This document shows positions 1-14,497 of a stretch of DNA of 64,000 nt, piece after piece. A model generated the notes under the pieces. That model was given only the letters and a program-made list of their open reading frames with translations. It did not search any database and was not told where the DNA came from. Position 1 is the first letter of the stretch; the number at the start of each line of letters is the position of its first letter. The translations under genes were made by a program, and so were the position numbers. The stretch comes from Kudoa neothunni (Eukaryota; Animalia; Cnidaria). The stretch is taken from NCBI GenBank assembly GCA_964304625.1, contig OZ199839.1, positions 821,616-885,615 on the forward strand. Reading direction: 5' to 3'.

Positions 1-1443
1 TAATGAGCTATACGTGAGTTTATGGATACATTCACACGAGAATAATATCTATAATGCCATAATAGTTAATTTATATATGTACCTTAGGCAAAAATTATTA
101 TTCCGACAACTTTTTATAACATAAAATCTATAGTGAATGGAATAAACGTTTATTAACAAAGAAGAGCATCGTAACAATACAAATATAAAAATTGGTATCG
201 CCTAAAAATACGTGTTATTTAATGATTGAACAAATTTAAAAATGATTAGTTCATTAATTTTAAATTGTTAATACAGTTAGTGACCGGTTTTTACGTAATC
301 GCTTCGATATTGCGGATAAATGTGTGTAAAATTAGTAACGTTCAGTTTTACGCATTTATTTGCGCGCACATATAATTACGTAACTATTTAATATAATTGA
401 ATTGTATATATTTAAGAAACAATTAGTTTTTTCATTTAGATATAAAATAATTAGTTGTTTTGGTCACCAAAAATTAGTCCAAATACTTGAAATATAGCTT
501 TTACCATTGCGAAAATGATCGATTGATCTTTTTTGTCAAACTTTGATAATTTTTTAAACTCTTTTTAATAAATTCGCAAATGAAGACAATAATCGATTTG
601 TTTTCCATCATTTAAAAATTTTTATTTATGTTTTTTAAGGTGCTATTGGGGTTGGATATGGAAGATATGTCTAGTGCTTTATAGCTTTATAGTAACAAAT
701 TTGGCTGCTTTAGGGGAAATATTGTGGATTTATTATTTCATGTTTGATTTTATTTTTTTAAATTTCATTTAATTATTTCGAACATTAAACAAAATTTATC
801 TAATTTTTTTCAAAAACGTTCAGAAGTTACGTGATTAAACAATCTGGAAATTCCGCAACCTTATTATATTATTTAGATCCAAATTATCTAATAAAATAAT
901 TAAAAAAATATTATGTATTGATTGTACATTTGATTATCTTTATGTAACTAACTGTAGCTATACGGGGTCTTCCTTTTAACATCTCGTGGATTAATGCCAA
1001 ACATGCTTCTTGTGTAAAAATATCGAATCTTTTGTAAGCTGATTGATTAAATTATATCAAAAATTTATACTTCTTCCTATTTTGAAGTTGTATAACCATA
1101 AATTGAAGAATTGTACTTTTCTTGCTTGCTTTATTTATTTTTTCACTCATTCATAATTACGATTATATTTTTTGAAATAAAGAATTATTTAAAAAAAGTC
1201 AGTTAAATCAGTTTTACTACAGCAGCTAGTAAATATCATGCAACCTCCTTGAGACCATTGAAAATTGGGTGCTGTCATCGTAAAAACCCACTCTACAGAC
1301 AGCTATTCACGCATTATTTTAAACTAATACTTGAGTTAATCTATAAATCTAGCAAAAATAATAACGATCCATCCTGTCAAGTTAATAGAGTTGTTATGTA
1401 TTCAACATTCATTAACGACGAGTATCATATTAATTACAGTATA

Positions 1444-2944
1444 CAGTCGAACCTAAGGATATTGCGTAATTTTTCGAGGATGAAAACAAGTTATGCAATA
1501 CAACAGCGTTTCTCAACTAAAACTGTACAGCATCCCTTTGCATACGATAAGGTTTAACTGACTCAAAATTTCTCAAAAATTATTTACAATTTTGATCGGA
1601 TCTCGCATCCCCAGTTGAGATATCCTGCAATAAAGAGTATTAGCGCGAGCGCATAACGTATAAACAACAAAAATTTATTTAGGTTTAAAATTAAAAATAA
1701 CCGGTAATTTCAGTTTTTTCGCACAAATTTTTGATTATTTCAGATACAAACTCCATAACTGTGTGCCTTGAACATAATGATGTTGAGTTTCCTGATTAAA
1801 TTAATTGATTGTTTGAGTTCCGCAGTTGACACAAGCGCTTCATCTATTACAAAAGTTGGATCGAAATTTTCTTGAAATTTATCAGTTGCATACGCTTCAG
1901 GTAAAGCCATTGATTCCTCATGTATTTCCCCTCTTCTTCAATATTGTTGATTTCGTCATATTTTTATCTAAAAATTAAAGTTAAGAAACAATTAAATAGT
2001 GTGACGAAATCTTCAACATTATTTTCAGAAAAATCTTGAGATAACTTTTCATTATTTATTAATTAATCTTTTATTTGGTATATTTTAATATCAAAGTAGC
2101 ATGTTCAAAAAGTCTAGATTTTCTAAATCAGTTTTGAATTATAGTCGATAATACGTTTTCCCATGCATGATATAAAGTTTTAATAAAACCAACATGATAT
2201 ACTTAATAAAGTTTGAATTATCCATATTTATTACGTTTCACTCTTCGTACCGTAGGGAATTTTTTTTAAAATTAATTCCAAATCTATTTTTTTATATTCT
2301 ACGGAATAACCGTTACTACCGGTAAATTTGTCAGTACCTATGGATTTAGCGATACTTTTTGTCTTTTTAACAATTAAGTAAGCAGGAACAGCCTTTTTCT
2401 CATTTCGCATTTTAGTTATTCATGTATATAATAAATTAACTAACTCCATGTATTTGTCTTCTTTTATCCTCTTTTTTGAAGCCGAAATAATAGAATTAAT
2501 ATCACCTTGAGAAGCTAAAATTCTATTAATGGTGGAATGCCTTGCAAATATATTATATTGGCATTAGATAATATTATATTATTAGATGGCTTGGGATGTT
2601 TAAAAGTCATTCCTTTTCTCCTTTGAGCGATTTAATCGAATTATAATATTCGATGATTTCAATTTTTTCAGTCATTGTTCGCTGATTCCTTACCATTTTT
2701 GCTTCGCGGAATCAAAAAAGAAGATTAATTGAGGATTAAACTGAAAAAAATGTTACGCAGTGGCGAGATTTTAGTTTGAGCGCAATATCTTAAATTTATC
2801 CTTCTCTAGAAAAACATTTTTATCTTTTTTTGCTCCGGTAACATTAATTTTAATAATATACAAGCAAAGTTTAAGTAAGAAAAATAAAATATCCAATATA
2901 TATTCAATAAACTCGTAAAATTACGCAATATCCAGGTTCGACTG
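1444..2944 (-). mobile_element. Decayed Tigger/pogo (Tc1-mariner superfamily) DNA transposon
   Basis: TA|CAGTCGAACCTAAGGATATTGCGTAATTTT at 1442-1473 and its inverse AAAATTACGCAATATCCAGGTTCGACTG|TA ending 2946; TA target duplication; broken minus-strand transposase N-terminus near 2696 (MVRNQRTMTEKIEIIEYY). Confidence 0.8.
1504..1627. mobile_element. hAT (Charlie-like) MITE nested in the Tigger left end
   Basis: CAGCGTTTCTCAACT...AGTTGAGATATCCTG inverted termini; imperfect 8-bp TSD CAATACAA/CAATAAAG. Confidence 0.6.
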
Positions 2945-3496
2945 TAATAATTAGGACGCCCTATAATACAAAAACGACTGTATCATTCGGCTTGCTTTAG
3001 TTACGAGTACGTTAAATAATAAAGCTGTGGCCAAATAACTTCACTCATTTTCAATTCAATCATGACTATCAACAGTAGTAAATTTGATGAGAGAGATACA
3101 AAATGCTTTATGAATTTATGCAGGAGTAAAATTTAACGTTGTTGAAAATCTTGTAATATTCAAATAATACAAGAAGACTACAAAAAAAACAATGTTATGA
3201 ATTAATACAGCAACAAACCCGCTTATTCGATAATATGCGTGAGAATTTGGGAGAATTTAATTTTTTGATATGAATAAAAATTATAGCTAGACTTCGAATG
3301 TGAGAATCTACTACTAGACGATAATATCATGAATATTGACTTTAATTACAAAAAAATCGGCTCTAAAAATTAAGAAAATTAACACGAGTTAAACGCAAAC
3401 AAAATGCAATCAGAAAAAACCCATAAAACTGCACTGAAACATAATAAAGTAGGTAGGTCATTGAAAACAGGAACAGGACCAATTTACATCACTAAT

Positions 3497-6400
3497 TTAG
3501 ACCACAACACGATGCAGTTTAGCGTTGAGAGCTAAAGAGTCGGGGTGGGATCTTTTCTTTGAAGGATTCTCGGATTGACGCTGTGAATGTCTTGTGACGG
3601 TTGACGATCCATCCACAAAACGAGTCTTAAAAAGCACATTAGCATTATTGAACATGCCCTCTTTTAGTGAGACGACAATGAATTGGGATTTTTTGAAGTG
3701 CTTTCTAAGCATGACTCCGATATTTTGAGTGTGAGAAATATCCAAAGCAGCGTCCACTTCATCCAAAATATAAATAGGAGCGGGATTGAAGAGAAGAAGA
3801 GAAAGTATAAGTGAAAGAGCAACAAGAGAGCGTTGGCCTCCACTCAACTCTGCAAGATTTTCTTTCCAAACACTCCCGAATCCCACTGCTATTTCAAGTC
3901 CACTCAACGGACATTCTCGATCTACCGGTACCAATTTGACTGTAGCACCAGGCAGCAAGGTGGAAAAAATACTTGCAAAGTCCTACAAAAAACAATCCAA
4001 CGTTAGTACTGATAAAAATCAAAAAAACAAAATGATGCGCATTCGCAGAACGAACCAAAGAATGATAGATCTAACTCTACCTGGTTGACTTTTTGCCATG
4101 CAGCCACCAAAGTTTCCTTCTTTTTCTCATCCAAATCACAAATTATTTGACAAATTTTCTGTTTGTCAACCTCCACGATTTTCTTTTTTCGTAACAGCTC
4201 ATTATACTACACAGGAGAATCTGTGAAAAACCGTACTCTATTATTTCAAATTACTCGTTCTTCAGCTTGAGCCAAATGTTCCATAGCTCTAACATTAATA
4301 TGTTTGCTCATAACTTTTGATTTGGATTGCAACTCTTTGTAATGTGCATGAAGGGTGTTCTCGTCGGTATTACGGAAATCATACGTTGAACCAGAAACAT
4401 TGAAATGTTTTTTCTCCAACCGAATCCACTCATGTTTCCTTTCAAGTTGTTCAAGGCGGCCGTTGGAATCGGATACAGTTTTTTCAAGTTTATCTTTGAT
4501 AATATTGGTTCTTTGAGTTTCAATGCAACATCAAATAGCTGGTTGTTGATTTTGGTTTTTAGTTTGATTTCCGATCCAAGCAAATGATCACAAGCGTTCA
4601 ATTCCTCCTTGATACTGCTAAGCTGTTGTTCCAACTCTCTCAATGATTCCTGCTTGGTGGAAAGTTGTTCACTTTGAAGAGCGATAGTGTGTTGGATGGC
4701 GTCGCGTTTCTGAGCACATTCATCAATTTCCACTCGAATTCGAGGAAGATCAACATCAAAGCTCTCGATTTCGAGTGTCATTCCATGACAAGCTTCTTCG
4801 AGCTGAATGATCTGTTTGGAGGTATCCGAAATGTGTTGTTTCAACTGGTTGATTTTGATCTCAAGCGAATGGAGTGATGCGGCATCGTTGCTATTCTTAG
4901 CATTTTGTCTAGTGATTTCCAATTCATTGTTTTGGTTGTTGAGTAAATTGATCTGGTTAAGTTTTTCAGAGATGATATTTTTATTAGAGTTGATTTGGGC
5001 GTTGAGTTCTTCAAGACGAACCTTAGTTTGGAAATAAGGGCTTGAATCAAGTTTCTTTTTGACGATTGTCAGCTCATGCATCTTCAGTTCCAGTTTATTG
5101 TTAAGAATATCATACTCTTTTTGAACATGTGACTTCACACGGAAGTACTCATCCAAGGTGTTGACTTCTTCGAGACAACTGTCATACCTGAAGGTCAAAT
5201 CATTCAGTATTAATTGCTTATCAATAATCGAATTATCCTTCTTTCGGGAGCCACCAGTAAGTGTTCCAGACGGTTCATAGATATCTCCTTCCAATGTGAC
5301 ACATCTCACATGGATCCCAAGTTTATGGACGATTAGTTTTGCGTCTTTGGGAGATGTACAAATGAGAGTAGCACCGAACACGTAATTAATGGCGGGTATT
5401 ATTGAGTTATCGTAATCGATTAGTGAGGCTGCAGTGTGGACCTTACCGTGGAGTTTCTATGGAAAATTGTTCAAAAAAATTCAACAACAATATTTGTAGA
5501 GCAGTGCCTTTATAAATTGACTATTTTATAAAACCTAACTAGACTTTTATTTCTCCCAATGTAATCACATTTGGCAAGCTTTTAAAGTAATCTTTTTTGT
5601 CAGATACAAGTAAAATTAATCTAAAAATGCCAACTCATTAAAAATAAACCAGATCGTCAGTTTTTCTGTAAAAGCTTTCGCAAATATTTTTCTTTATGCA
5701 AAGTCGTATGTATATTGGGATAAATCTGGAAAATTCACCCTGAATAACTGTGTTGAAGTATGTTAACAAATAAGGAAGCAAAGAAGGTGAAGTTCGGCAT
5801 TAAAACAGCACTAACGTGAACCAAACCTAATAATGTTTTTCTCCTTATTATGTGAATGTTCGAGACTTCACAATATAATACCTTTACGATAAATTTTACA
5901 AACTTAAGATTAAAGCAAGCATAATTATTAAATATGTACTTCGAAAACTGAGAAATATTAAATTTAATGTTTTTCATTAATTAGAATACACAACAACAAA
6001 TGGGCGCTACAAAACAGGGCCTATAAGTTCTAATTATAATGATCTTTGACTCATATAAGGTTTCCGCGTCGTTTTCAACTTTCCAAATTGCGTGACATTT
6101 TTTTAAATGTAAATAATTTTTTAAATATATATCATTTAGATCCATATTTAAAAATTATAAGGATAGTGTAGCTACTTATTTAATCTATATAATATATTCT
6201 TTATTCACGAGGAGTCGATTAAGTTCAAAAATGAATAATTCTTTTCGAACCGGCGTTGATTTCTACATCATTTTAATAAATCTGTGATCAATCTTCTTAG
6301 TTTTGTAAGTATTATAAAAAAATGGAATGTACAAAAATTTAAATGTGTTCATATTATGTTTATTAGAAAATAATCGTTGTGGTAGAAAACCAAAACAATG

Positions 6401-9400
6401 CTTATAATTTGTATAAAAAATTACTCATATAAAAAATTAAGAGATTCTTAATTCTCAATTAAAATAACAGAATAACAAATATCCCAAATCAGTTTAAAAA
6501 GTGGTTTCAAGTGTTTAAATCAAAGACCACGAAACACCATATTATAACTAGGGATCGTCGTTTTCGACGCCTAAAATCGATTTTAATCGAAAATTGCGAC
6601 TCCTAATTATAATATAGAGTATAGATCCTCAACCGTTTTTTTAATTTACCTTCTCCGCGGCATGGTGAAAAATCCAAGTTCACCCTTTAAGCTTGGAAGT
6701 TAAAATCATATCTACTTCGAAGTTGTATACTTATTTAAACATTATTAGGCCACATCTCTATAAGATAAGCGAGACAAAGGAAGGAGGCTGATTCTAGTCT
6801 AACAAATAATTGTTGAAAACTTATTCCTAAAAACATTTTAAGACTTTGCGTCAACGTCTTAATTGATTTCAATAATCCTGAATAATAAAATACCTTAGAA
6901 ATCCCTAAGTTAGTTTCGGACCCTATTATACAATAGTTGCTTCTATCCTATCCCATTTTGGCTTCACTTAATTTACCTCTGGTTTAGGGGTTTAAAATGT
7001 GAATCATACATAAACGATATCACAATATATGTCAATAAACTAACTTATCAAATTGTAAACCCTAAAATAGGAAATCGATTCCATCATCATTATTTTAAAT
7101 TAATTTTTAAACTTCACCTATGGATAAATAAAATTAATTCTCATTTTTTCGTACTTATGATTATTCTTTATTTCAGATTGATCATTAATTCTAAATATTA
7201 ATTTATGTCCCACAGTAGCATTATTGACATTTGAACGTACGCCCAGGGTCCAATGGACTCTGCTCATGATTACTTCACAAATTGTAGCGCTCTCAATCTC
7301 AACATAGTCAGAAAAACAGAAATTCGTCTGGCAGCTGCTAAAAAATTTGTTCGATATTTTGTATTTTGTTTATACTATCTAATAACCTTTGTATGATTTT
7401 TTATTTCTACGTAAATAAAAAACAACCTTTTGTGGACTTTTGAATAATTAAACAATTAACATTTCAAAACGAATTCAAACTCTTAAATAAAAAATATATG
7501 TTGTATAGGCCAATCTAAATATAATTAAGTTGATTAAAAAAAATTAAAATTTTTAGTTATTTCTTTTCACGCACTTTAAAGGAAGAATTATTTCTTATTT
7601 TGGTCTGCGTTATGTAATTTTAGTTATATTATTAAATTTTAAAATAAATCAAATTATGGACGTTTGTAAATATTCGTCAAAACAAATGATTAAGAATAGT
7701 AACCGATTAATCTTTTGTTGACATCATGTAACGAATCGTTGTGCATTATGCTTTCCATTAATGATGCAATCAAAATGATTACAGAAAACTCAGAAGATTC
7801 GACACTGTAAGAAGAACTCTCAAATGACCACTCACAATATTTTACAATATCCTTGACATCGCTGGACACAACTAAATGATTGTGTACTTAGATAAATATA
7901 ATGAATTTAAACTAAAATACAAAAACCGAACAAGAAGTCGAGATTTACAAGATTTTAATGATGAGATAGTCGAAAAGTTCGCTAAGGGAAAAATTGATCT
8001 TCCAGATTCGACATCGCCGGAGCATGATAGGAGGGGTGACAAGAATAGATGCCATTTTGCCCATACTCGACTCGACTCGAAGGATGTAAAAACAAAGACA
8101 ATCTACTCTGAATGTGGGAAAAACGTGTGCGAACAACATTATTCTTTTCTCTGTTATAGTTGTAACTAATTACAGTCGAGTCTCTATTATCCGGAAAATT
8201 TGGGTCCGGTGATTTTCTTTCCGGATAACGAGATTTCGGTTAATCGAACATTTATCGACGTGTAATGTCAATAGAATCAAAGAAAATTTTAAAATTTCTT
8301 CGGATAGCGCGATTTCCGGATAATCGAGGTTCAACTGTATTTGCGTTTATTGAACTCCGATAATTTGGATGATTTTTTCAATGTTAGCATTGTTTTACTA
8401 ATGGCGGTATGTTTTTTTTCATATTTCTGCGGGTTGGTTATAAATCGTTATAGTATTATTTAAAAATGCTTAAAAATAATTTTTTTAGGATATTTGTAAA
8501 ACATAAAATTTCATTTTACGAACAGAGTCCATTGGACCCCGTTGTGCAGTAGTGTATATTTTGGTGTGCACATGTACTAGTGTTAAACAATTACAAGTTT
8601 CTGACTCAAAACTTAGTAGGAGAACCAGCTTATTTATTATTTAACCAACTTTGGCACTGTCTGAGCATTACTAGGTGAAAAAATCTGCTACTACCTCAAT
8701 ACTGCTTATTTTGGTAATCATTTCGCTAGCGATATCTTTAGCCTGCATTCGATTGAGCACAATAAACGTTGTACGTTTCTTCAGATTTCCATGTTTGAGA
8801 AGCAATTTCACGGTTTCATCATCTTCCACTACCACATTGACAAGCTTGCTGCTGGCAGCAGCTTCAATAGCGGTTAAGAATGTGGCTTGATCCTTTATCG
8901 TAAACAAACTAGCCATGGTTCCTTTTATCTGCATAAAGGCGTCACACAATAATTTCCTCATTACCGCAACATTAAAATTACTTTGTTTTCAACGTTGGAT
9001 CTCATATTTTTGGGCAGATTATAATTGAAAATCATGTGAGAATTTCTATTGATAAATAATTTAATTTCAAATAAAAATATCCAACCATCGACAAGAAAAT
9101 GATCATAAAAATGGCAACTTACTCTGTCTCGAACTCATCCAATTGAGTTTTATAGGCATCTAAATCGATTTCCAATTGATCCCTAGTGAAATCATATATG
9201 TGATGTAAAAACTGGAATCCATTAATTATTTTCAATAATACCTTCGTTCTTTTTTTAATGTGATTTCTTGTGGATTATAATCTATTTCACGCATGTTGTT
9301 CTATAATTAATTTTAATATTTACATACAAAAACCTGCACAATTTTTCGTGCGGATTCTCACTTTCAGATTTTCCACCTGAGCGTCTATTCTTCTTTCCAT

Positions 9401-12400
9401 TTCCACATCGGATTCATTACTCTTTTCAAGAGCTACCAATGATTTTTGGGTGGACGTTACCTGCAGCTCCAACTGTTTGATACTAGATAAAACAATAAAT
9501 AATAGCAAATAATACAAGGTAGAATGTATTGAACGTACATATTATTTGACTGATTAATATCCACGTCGAGTGAGAAAATTTGATTTTTATTCTCGCGTAT
9601 CTTATCATCAATCATATTGGTTCGATTATCGACATCCATCCCAGCCTTCAATGACTGGATTTCATCCTGGCACTGATTGTATTTTTCTTGGGATTCCATT
9701 TTTTCACTTTTTAGTCTAGTAATTATGGTGTCATTTTCCACCAGTTTCTTCTTGTTCTCTTGATAGGTTTGTTCACTCTACAACACAATCACATTGATTA
9801 CATTCCATAATACTCTTCGTTATAATAGTGACTTCGATAGAATTTCGTTGGAGTTGTTGTAGGTGTTGTTCGAATGATTGGTAAAGTTGTCGGTTGTGTT
9901 CTAATTCGGTTGAAAGAATCGATTCCTCCTACACAAATAGTTCAACACAAAATTTAATTTTTTCTTTGGAATAATGAAGATAATGTTACCTTGGAGAGAG
10001 CTATGGTATCATTTTCCAAGTGTTTGATTCTACCGCCACCTTTCTAATTATTTTACAAAAGTAGTTTATTTAAAAAAATGACGCACACATGAAAGTATTG
10101 TGAATCACCTGGTCAAGTTCATGCTGCAACAGAGTTATTTTCTGTTCAATTTGTTCCAACTGATGTTTGTAATCGGTTTGTTTCACTGTGAGATCCTTCA
10201 GTTGGATGTTGATCGTGTCGTATTTTTCGTGTTGAATGGTTTGATTTTTCTATACCGAACATACATAAATAATTTTTAACGAAAATTCCTCGCATTCTAA
10301 CAACTATTAGAAACTACTTTGATACGAACATACTCCAAAACAATAAGTTGTTTTTCAGTGTGTTCCAATTCACGTGTGACTGTTTGATACTCCAAATAGT
10401 TGGTTCTTTCCTTTATTTAATATTACATTATTAAATAATGATTCAGTGTAATAAAAGAAGTGTACTTTCTGTAGTTTCTCAATTGTGGGAGTAATATCAT
10501 CGTTAATAAGCTATTAAAAATTGCAAAAGTTAACACATAGGCGATATAACGATGATTATACATGATCGATTTCTGCGAGACGTGTATCTTTTTTTGAGAG
10601 TGTTTTTAGTGCAACCTGACGCTTGGTTTCATACATTTTAGTCCCAGCAGCCTCTTCCAACATAGACAATGTCTAGCGATTTTCAATGTGTAGCGAAAAC
10701 GGCAATAACTTAAAACCTACCTCCGGCGGTTTCATATTTAACACTTTGGTGATTTTACCCTAAAACAATCAATCAATCAATCATCAAACATTTATAGCAA
10801 CCCAATTTAAATTGAGTGAAGAGTTTTACTTGCATAATCAAAAAGTGAGGATTGTTCACATTGAGCTGAACACTACAAAAAAGATCTTGAATTCGACTGT
10901 TGGTACAGTTGCAGCCATTTATCAGGTATTTATTTCTCCCACCCAATACCACCTAACAACGGCACAACTTAAAGAAAGATATTTGTGTGGAGTTATAGAA
11001 TTATTTAATCTTCTAGTTAACGCAAATTGTGTTCCCATGAAATAAAAATGATATTTTCATAATTTGAAGATTTATATTTAAAATGATCAAATTATTAGGT
11101 ATTTACAACGAAATTTCACAAAAAATATTAATTAGTTTTCCCTGAAAATTTTAGTATTTAATGTTCATAGTCAATTTATTCTAAATAATAAACCAGCGGC
11201 CAATTTTGACACTAGAAATCTTATATAATTAGATGTATATATTCTAAATGAAGAAATGGGATATTTCAGAAATTCTTAGTTTTTTTTAACTAAAACGTTT
11301 AAAATGATTATTAAATCGGACTACTCTAATAAAAAATATGTCAAATAAAAAGGGAAAACATTATGTTAAATTAACGGATGATAGATTATATCATGAATAC
11401 AGTAAACTCTCGGTATTGCTTAATTTTCCATTATTTTATCTTAATAGTTAAGAAAATAATTATACGCGAAGTAAGAAGCCCATTTTCGAAGGTTTAATTT
11501 TATATAAAGTACAAAAAATCAGAAGAAGAGGAAAAATTGATGTTGTTATTGCATAGCTTAAATTGTTGCTTTTAATCCTTTAATCTTCTATATGGTTTAC
11601 AACAAAAACCTGAAATTACTCAGTTCTCAGAGAAACATTGAACACCAAATCAAAATAAACAAAGATTATAAAGGAACGATAGTCAGGTGTCGAACCTTCG
11701 AACCATGGCTTAAAGGCGGTGGTACCATGCCGCTCTGCTACTGATTGTGTACACGTAGATTTTTGTTACATCCTTTAATCAATCATTACACCATATAGTC
11801 AAAAACCTCTCAAAATTAACGAATATTTTTCTTAAAAATAATTATTTGTATTGTTTATGCACGCGTGTGTCTCAACATTGTGTAATTTTTTGTTAGTGCG
11901 TAACTTATTGGAACCATGGAAAAGTTACGAAATATCGAGACTTAATATAGAAGGTCAGCGCTTCCCGATTCATTCTAGTTTCCGGGCCCTGTTATTTACA
12001 CGGACAACTCACTCCGCATCCCTTCTCAAAAAAGAGATTAAAAATTAATTATTTTTAGATGGAGAAAATATTTTTATTAAATTACATTAACAAGAAAACA
12101 AATGTGAATAAAATAAGTGTTTTAAAAAATTTTTCTTGTCATTTATAAACAACAATCAGGTCAAAATGGGACTCTATCAGATAGAGATATTAAAAATCCT
12201 AATTTGTAAATGTATTAGATTGATAATATTTTTGTGCAAAACATCAGATGTGGATAGTTGAGTTTACGCGAAATTTATTATTTTGTAGCATTTGTTTTAA
12301 TTAAAAAATTGGAAACTACACGAGGAAAATAAACGTGTAAATCAATCTCGAATGTAAAATTTTAGTTTATATAATTTTCGAGTACAGATTTTTTCTAATT

Positions 12401-14497
12401 TGAAGTACAAAAAAATAAAAACTTAATATTGACATTATAAAAAAGTCTAATTCTTTTTTGTATAGCTAACTTAAATAATACAAAATAGAATTTTGAAGAG
12501 CTTAATCCATTTAAAGCATTTTATAAGTTGTTTATCTTTCCCATTAAAAAATATATTCATCATAAAGTTTCGCGCCGTATCACTTAAAATTTGAACTAAA
12601 TAAATTATTTACGAGTGAAAGAGAAATAAGTCATCATGTTAATTCCATACAATAATAAATAGAAAATAGTATAACAAAAACATAAATTAATCAAATGACC
12701 ATTTGTTTAACGGGCTTATTTCAGCTTCGATCGCTCTCACAGCATACATGATACATTTTCGGGAGAGATTCAGATTACTTGTAATTGATACATTAAGTAC
12801 AAAGCATGCCTGGTCGTACAGGTTTTCCGTTGACTCTAAGCGTGAGTCCTATAAAAATCGGGAAGCCCTTAAGTAGACTAATATTTAACAGTCACCTCTA
12901 AACCCCAATAACGACTTAATATTGCAATTCTAAAAAACTAATCTTTGACTCAAGAGTGCAAAAATTTACAATTATTCAAATAAACCTCTCTTTCGTCCAT
13001 ATATTTTAAAGATATGTTTTCAACATAGATAGATCCTCACAAAAATCGCATCTCTATCATGTTTTTATGTTAGAAAAATAAAGTTTTTTGGCATTATTAC
13101 CGAACAAACTTAAATTGGCAGTGATTCTCTTGTTACCACTCGAAGAATCCGCTAAGTCAACAACAGATGATCTCAAGAGATCCTGACTAGCGTTGCGAGA
13201 ATTTATTGTCAGTCAATCTCAATACATCGGAAAATTTCAACATTAATCTTAATCATTTAAAATATAAATGATTAACTCTGATACAAACATGACAACATAA
13301 TGTTGGTTTTCACAAATAATTCCTAACTGCTTGAATAATAATAATAATAATTATTACTTAAATTAATTAATTAATTAACTAACTAACTATTTATAAATAT
13401 AACTTCATTTAATTAAATATAGATGTACTCTACAAAAAATTGATAAGAATAAATTACAATAAATTGAATGCTGCCCGGCAGAAATAAATCGTTGTTTGTG
13501 AATTTTCAATTTTTATTAATTCATCGTTATATTTTGAGCCTCGGTTTTAAATGTGAAATCCTCTTTATCAATTATAGAAGTAAGAGTTTAACACCTGAAG
13601 TAGGACTTACGTCATTAATCCAATAGAAACCCATTCTAAGAAATATCGGCGTTAAAAATAAACATCGTTACATTTTTATTTAAACCATTCGTAACATCAA
13701 CAATACTGCATAAACCACTTAACAACTCCACTCAGTAATACTCCAGATCGCCTAAATCCGCGCAATCTTCATTCTAATCACTAACATTTTTCCTCACGTA
13801 CTACGTTAAGTGATTTAAGTGATGTGTTATCACAGACACGCTTACAATGTCAATTTGTCCCGAAAAATAAAATTCTGCGCTCTCCCACACGTTGACTTGA
13901 TAAGTGTTGATATGACAACAAACATACAACTGTGCTTACGTTTAAAAATAGAAGTAAACAATTCCAAGGTGGAAATAAAATATAAATCAAAGTGCATCCT
14001 AAATATGGTGATACAGTTTATTAATTAAAGTAGGATAATTGATATTGTTATAGAAAAATTTGAAGATATTTTTATGGTAACAATTTTATCAACAATTCAA
14101 ATGCGCACTAATTAACTTAGAAGACTAATGCGTATGATTACTTGGCGACATATTGTTATCTCACTGAAATCTTCATATCCAATAGGAGATTGATTTTTAT
14201 CCGAGTTATCAAAAACAACTGTAACAGACGCTTTAGTTATCCCAGCTTGACCATTTTTGTAGATTAGATCCTGTAGATTTGATGCTCTAACCTAATGATA
14301 ATAAAGTATCAAATAGACAATATAAGTTACGTGGCTAAGATTGGTTATTCCTAGTAGGAAACATATTGCATCCAAGATATTGGATTTTCCGCTTCCATTC
14401 AAACCAGTAATAGCATTAAAATTTTGATCAATGATTCCAACTCAGTTCTAACATTGTAAGACTTGAAACCATCTAAAATGATCGACTTCAGATACAT
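3497..14497 (-). CDS. SMC2: Structural maintenance of chromosomes protein 2 (condensin subunit); 19 exons, two apparent 1-nt frameshifts
   Basis: Hand-spliced: [14 protein letters not shown], Walker [35 protein letters not shown], hinge [18 protein letters not shown], signature LSGGQRS, Walker [11 protein letters not shown], stop 3497-3499. 18 GT-AG introns including 5457-8694 and 10953-14141. Frame breaks near 14430 and 4509. Confidence 0.97.
7210..8582 (+). mobile_element. Decayed piggyBac in SMC2 intron 16
   Basis: Remnant [18 protein letters not shown] and C-terminal Cys-rich domain in ORF 7876-8169 ([17 protein letters not shown]); palindromes GGGTCCAATGGACTC (~7246) and GAGTCCATTGGACCC (~8525); ends CTAGTG|TTAA. 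Left boundary approximate. Confidence 0.75.
8173..8337. mobile_element. pogo/Tigger-type MITE nested in the piggyBac relic
   Basis: TA|CAGTCGAGTCTCTATTATCCGGAAA...TTTCCGGATAATCGAGGTTCAACTG|TA; second copy at ~41060-41147. Confidence 0.85.
11681..11746 (-). other. tRNA-like relic (probable SINE head or tRNA pseudogene) in SMC2 intron 2
   Basis: Minus strand AATCAG TAGCAGAGCGG (A-box-like)...GGTTCGACACC (B-box-like) TGACT; no clean anticodon arm. Confidence 0.45.
12240..12890 (+). repeat. Unclassified ~650-bp interspersed repeat, copy 1
   Basis: Colinear similarity to ~19240-19880, e.g. CTTATTTCAGCTT..GAT...CATACATGATA, GAGAGA..TC..ATTACTT.TAAT.G.TACATTA, GAATGTAAA.TTTTAG.TTATATAATTTT. Boundaries approximate. 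Confidence 0.65.

Noticed and set aside
1249-1557. 102-aa ORF as a gene
   Set aside because: Non-ATG start, spans TE junctions, no motifs.
3786-5037. Plus-strand ORFs overlapping SMC2 (also 25901-26512, 48915-49169, 62872-63339)
   Set aside because: Antisense shadows of real coding sequence with no recognisable motifs.
12930-13310. Possible Tc1 HTH remnant (TTDDLKRS...VSQS)
   Set aside because: Too short and degenerate; no TIR pair identified.
14400-14440. Euplotes-style +1 programmed frameshifting at SMC2 frame breaks
   Set aside because: No AAA-TAR signal and the required shift is -1; homopolymer sequencing error is more parsimonious.
3497-14497. SMC ATPase as part of a prokaryotic Wadjet/MukBEF-type system
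   Set aside because: Spliced eukaryotic SMC2 with no operon partners.
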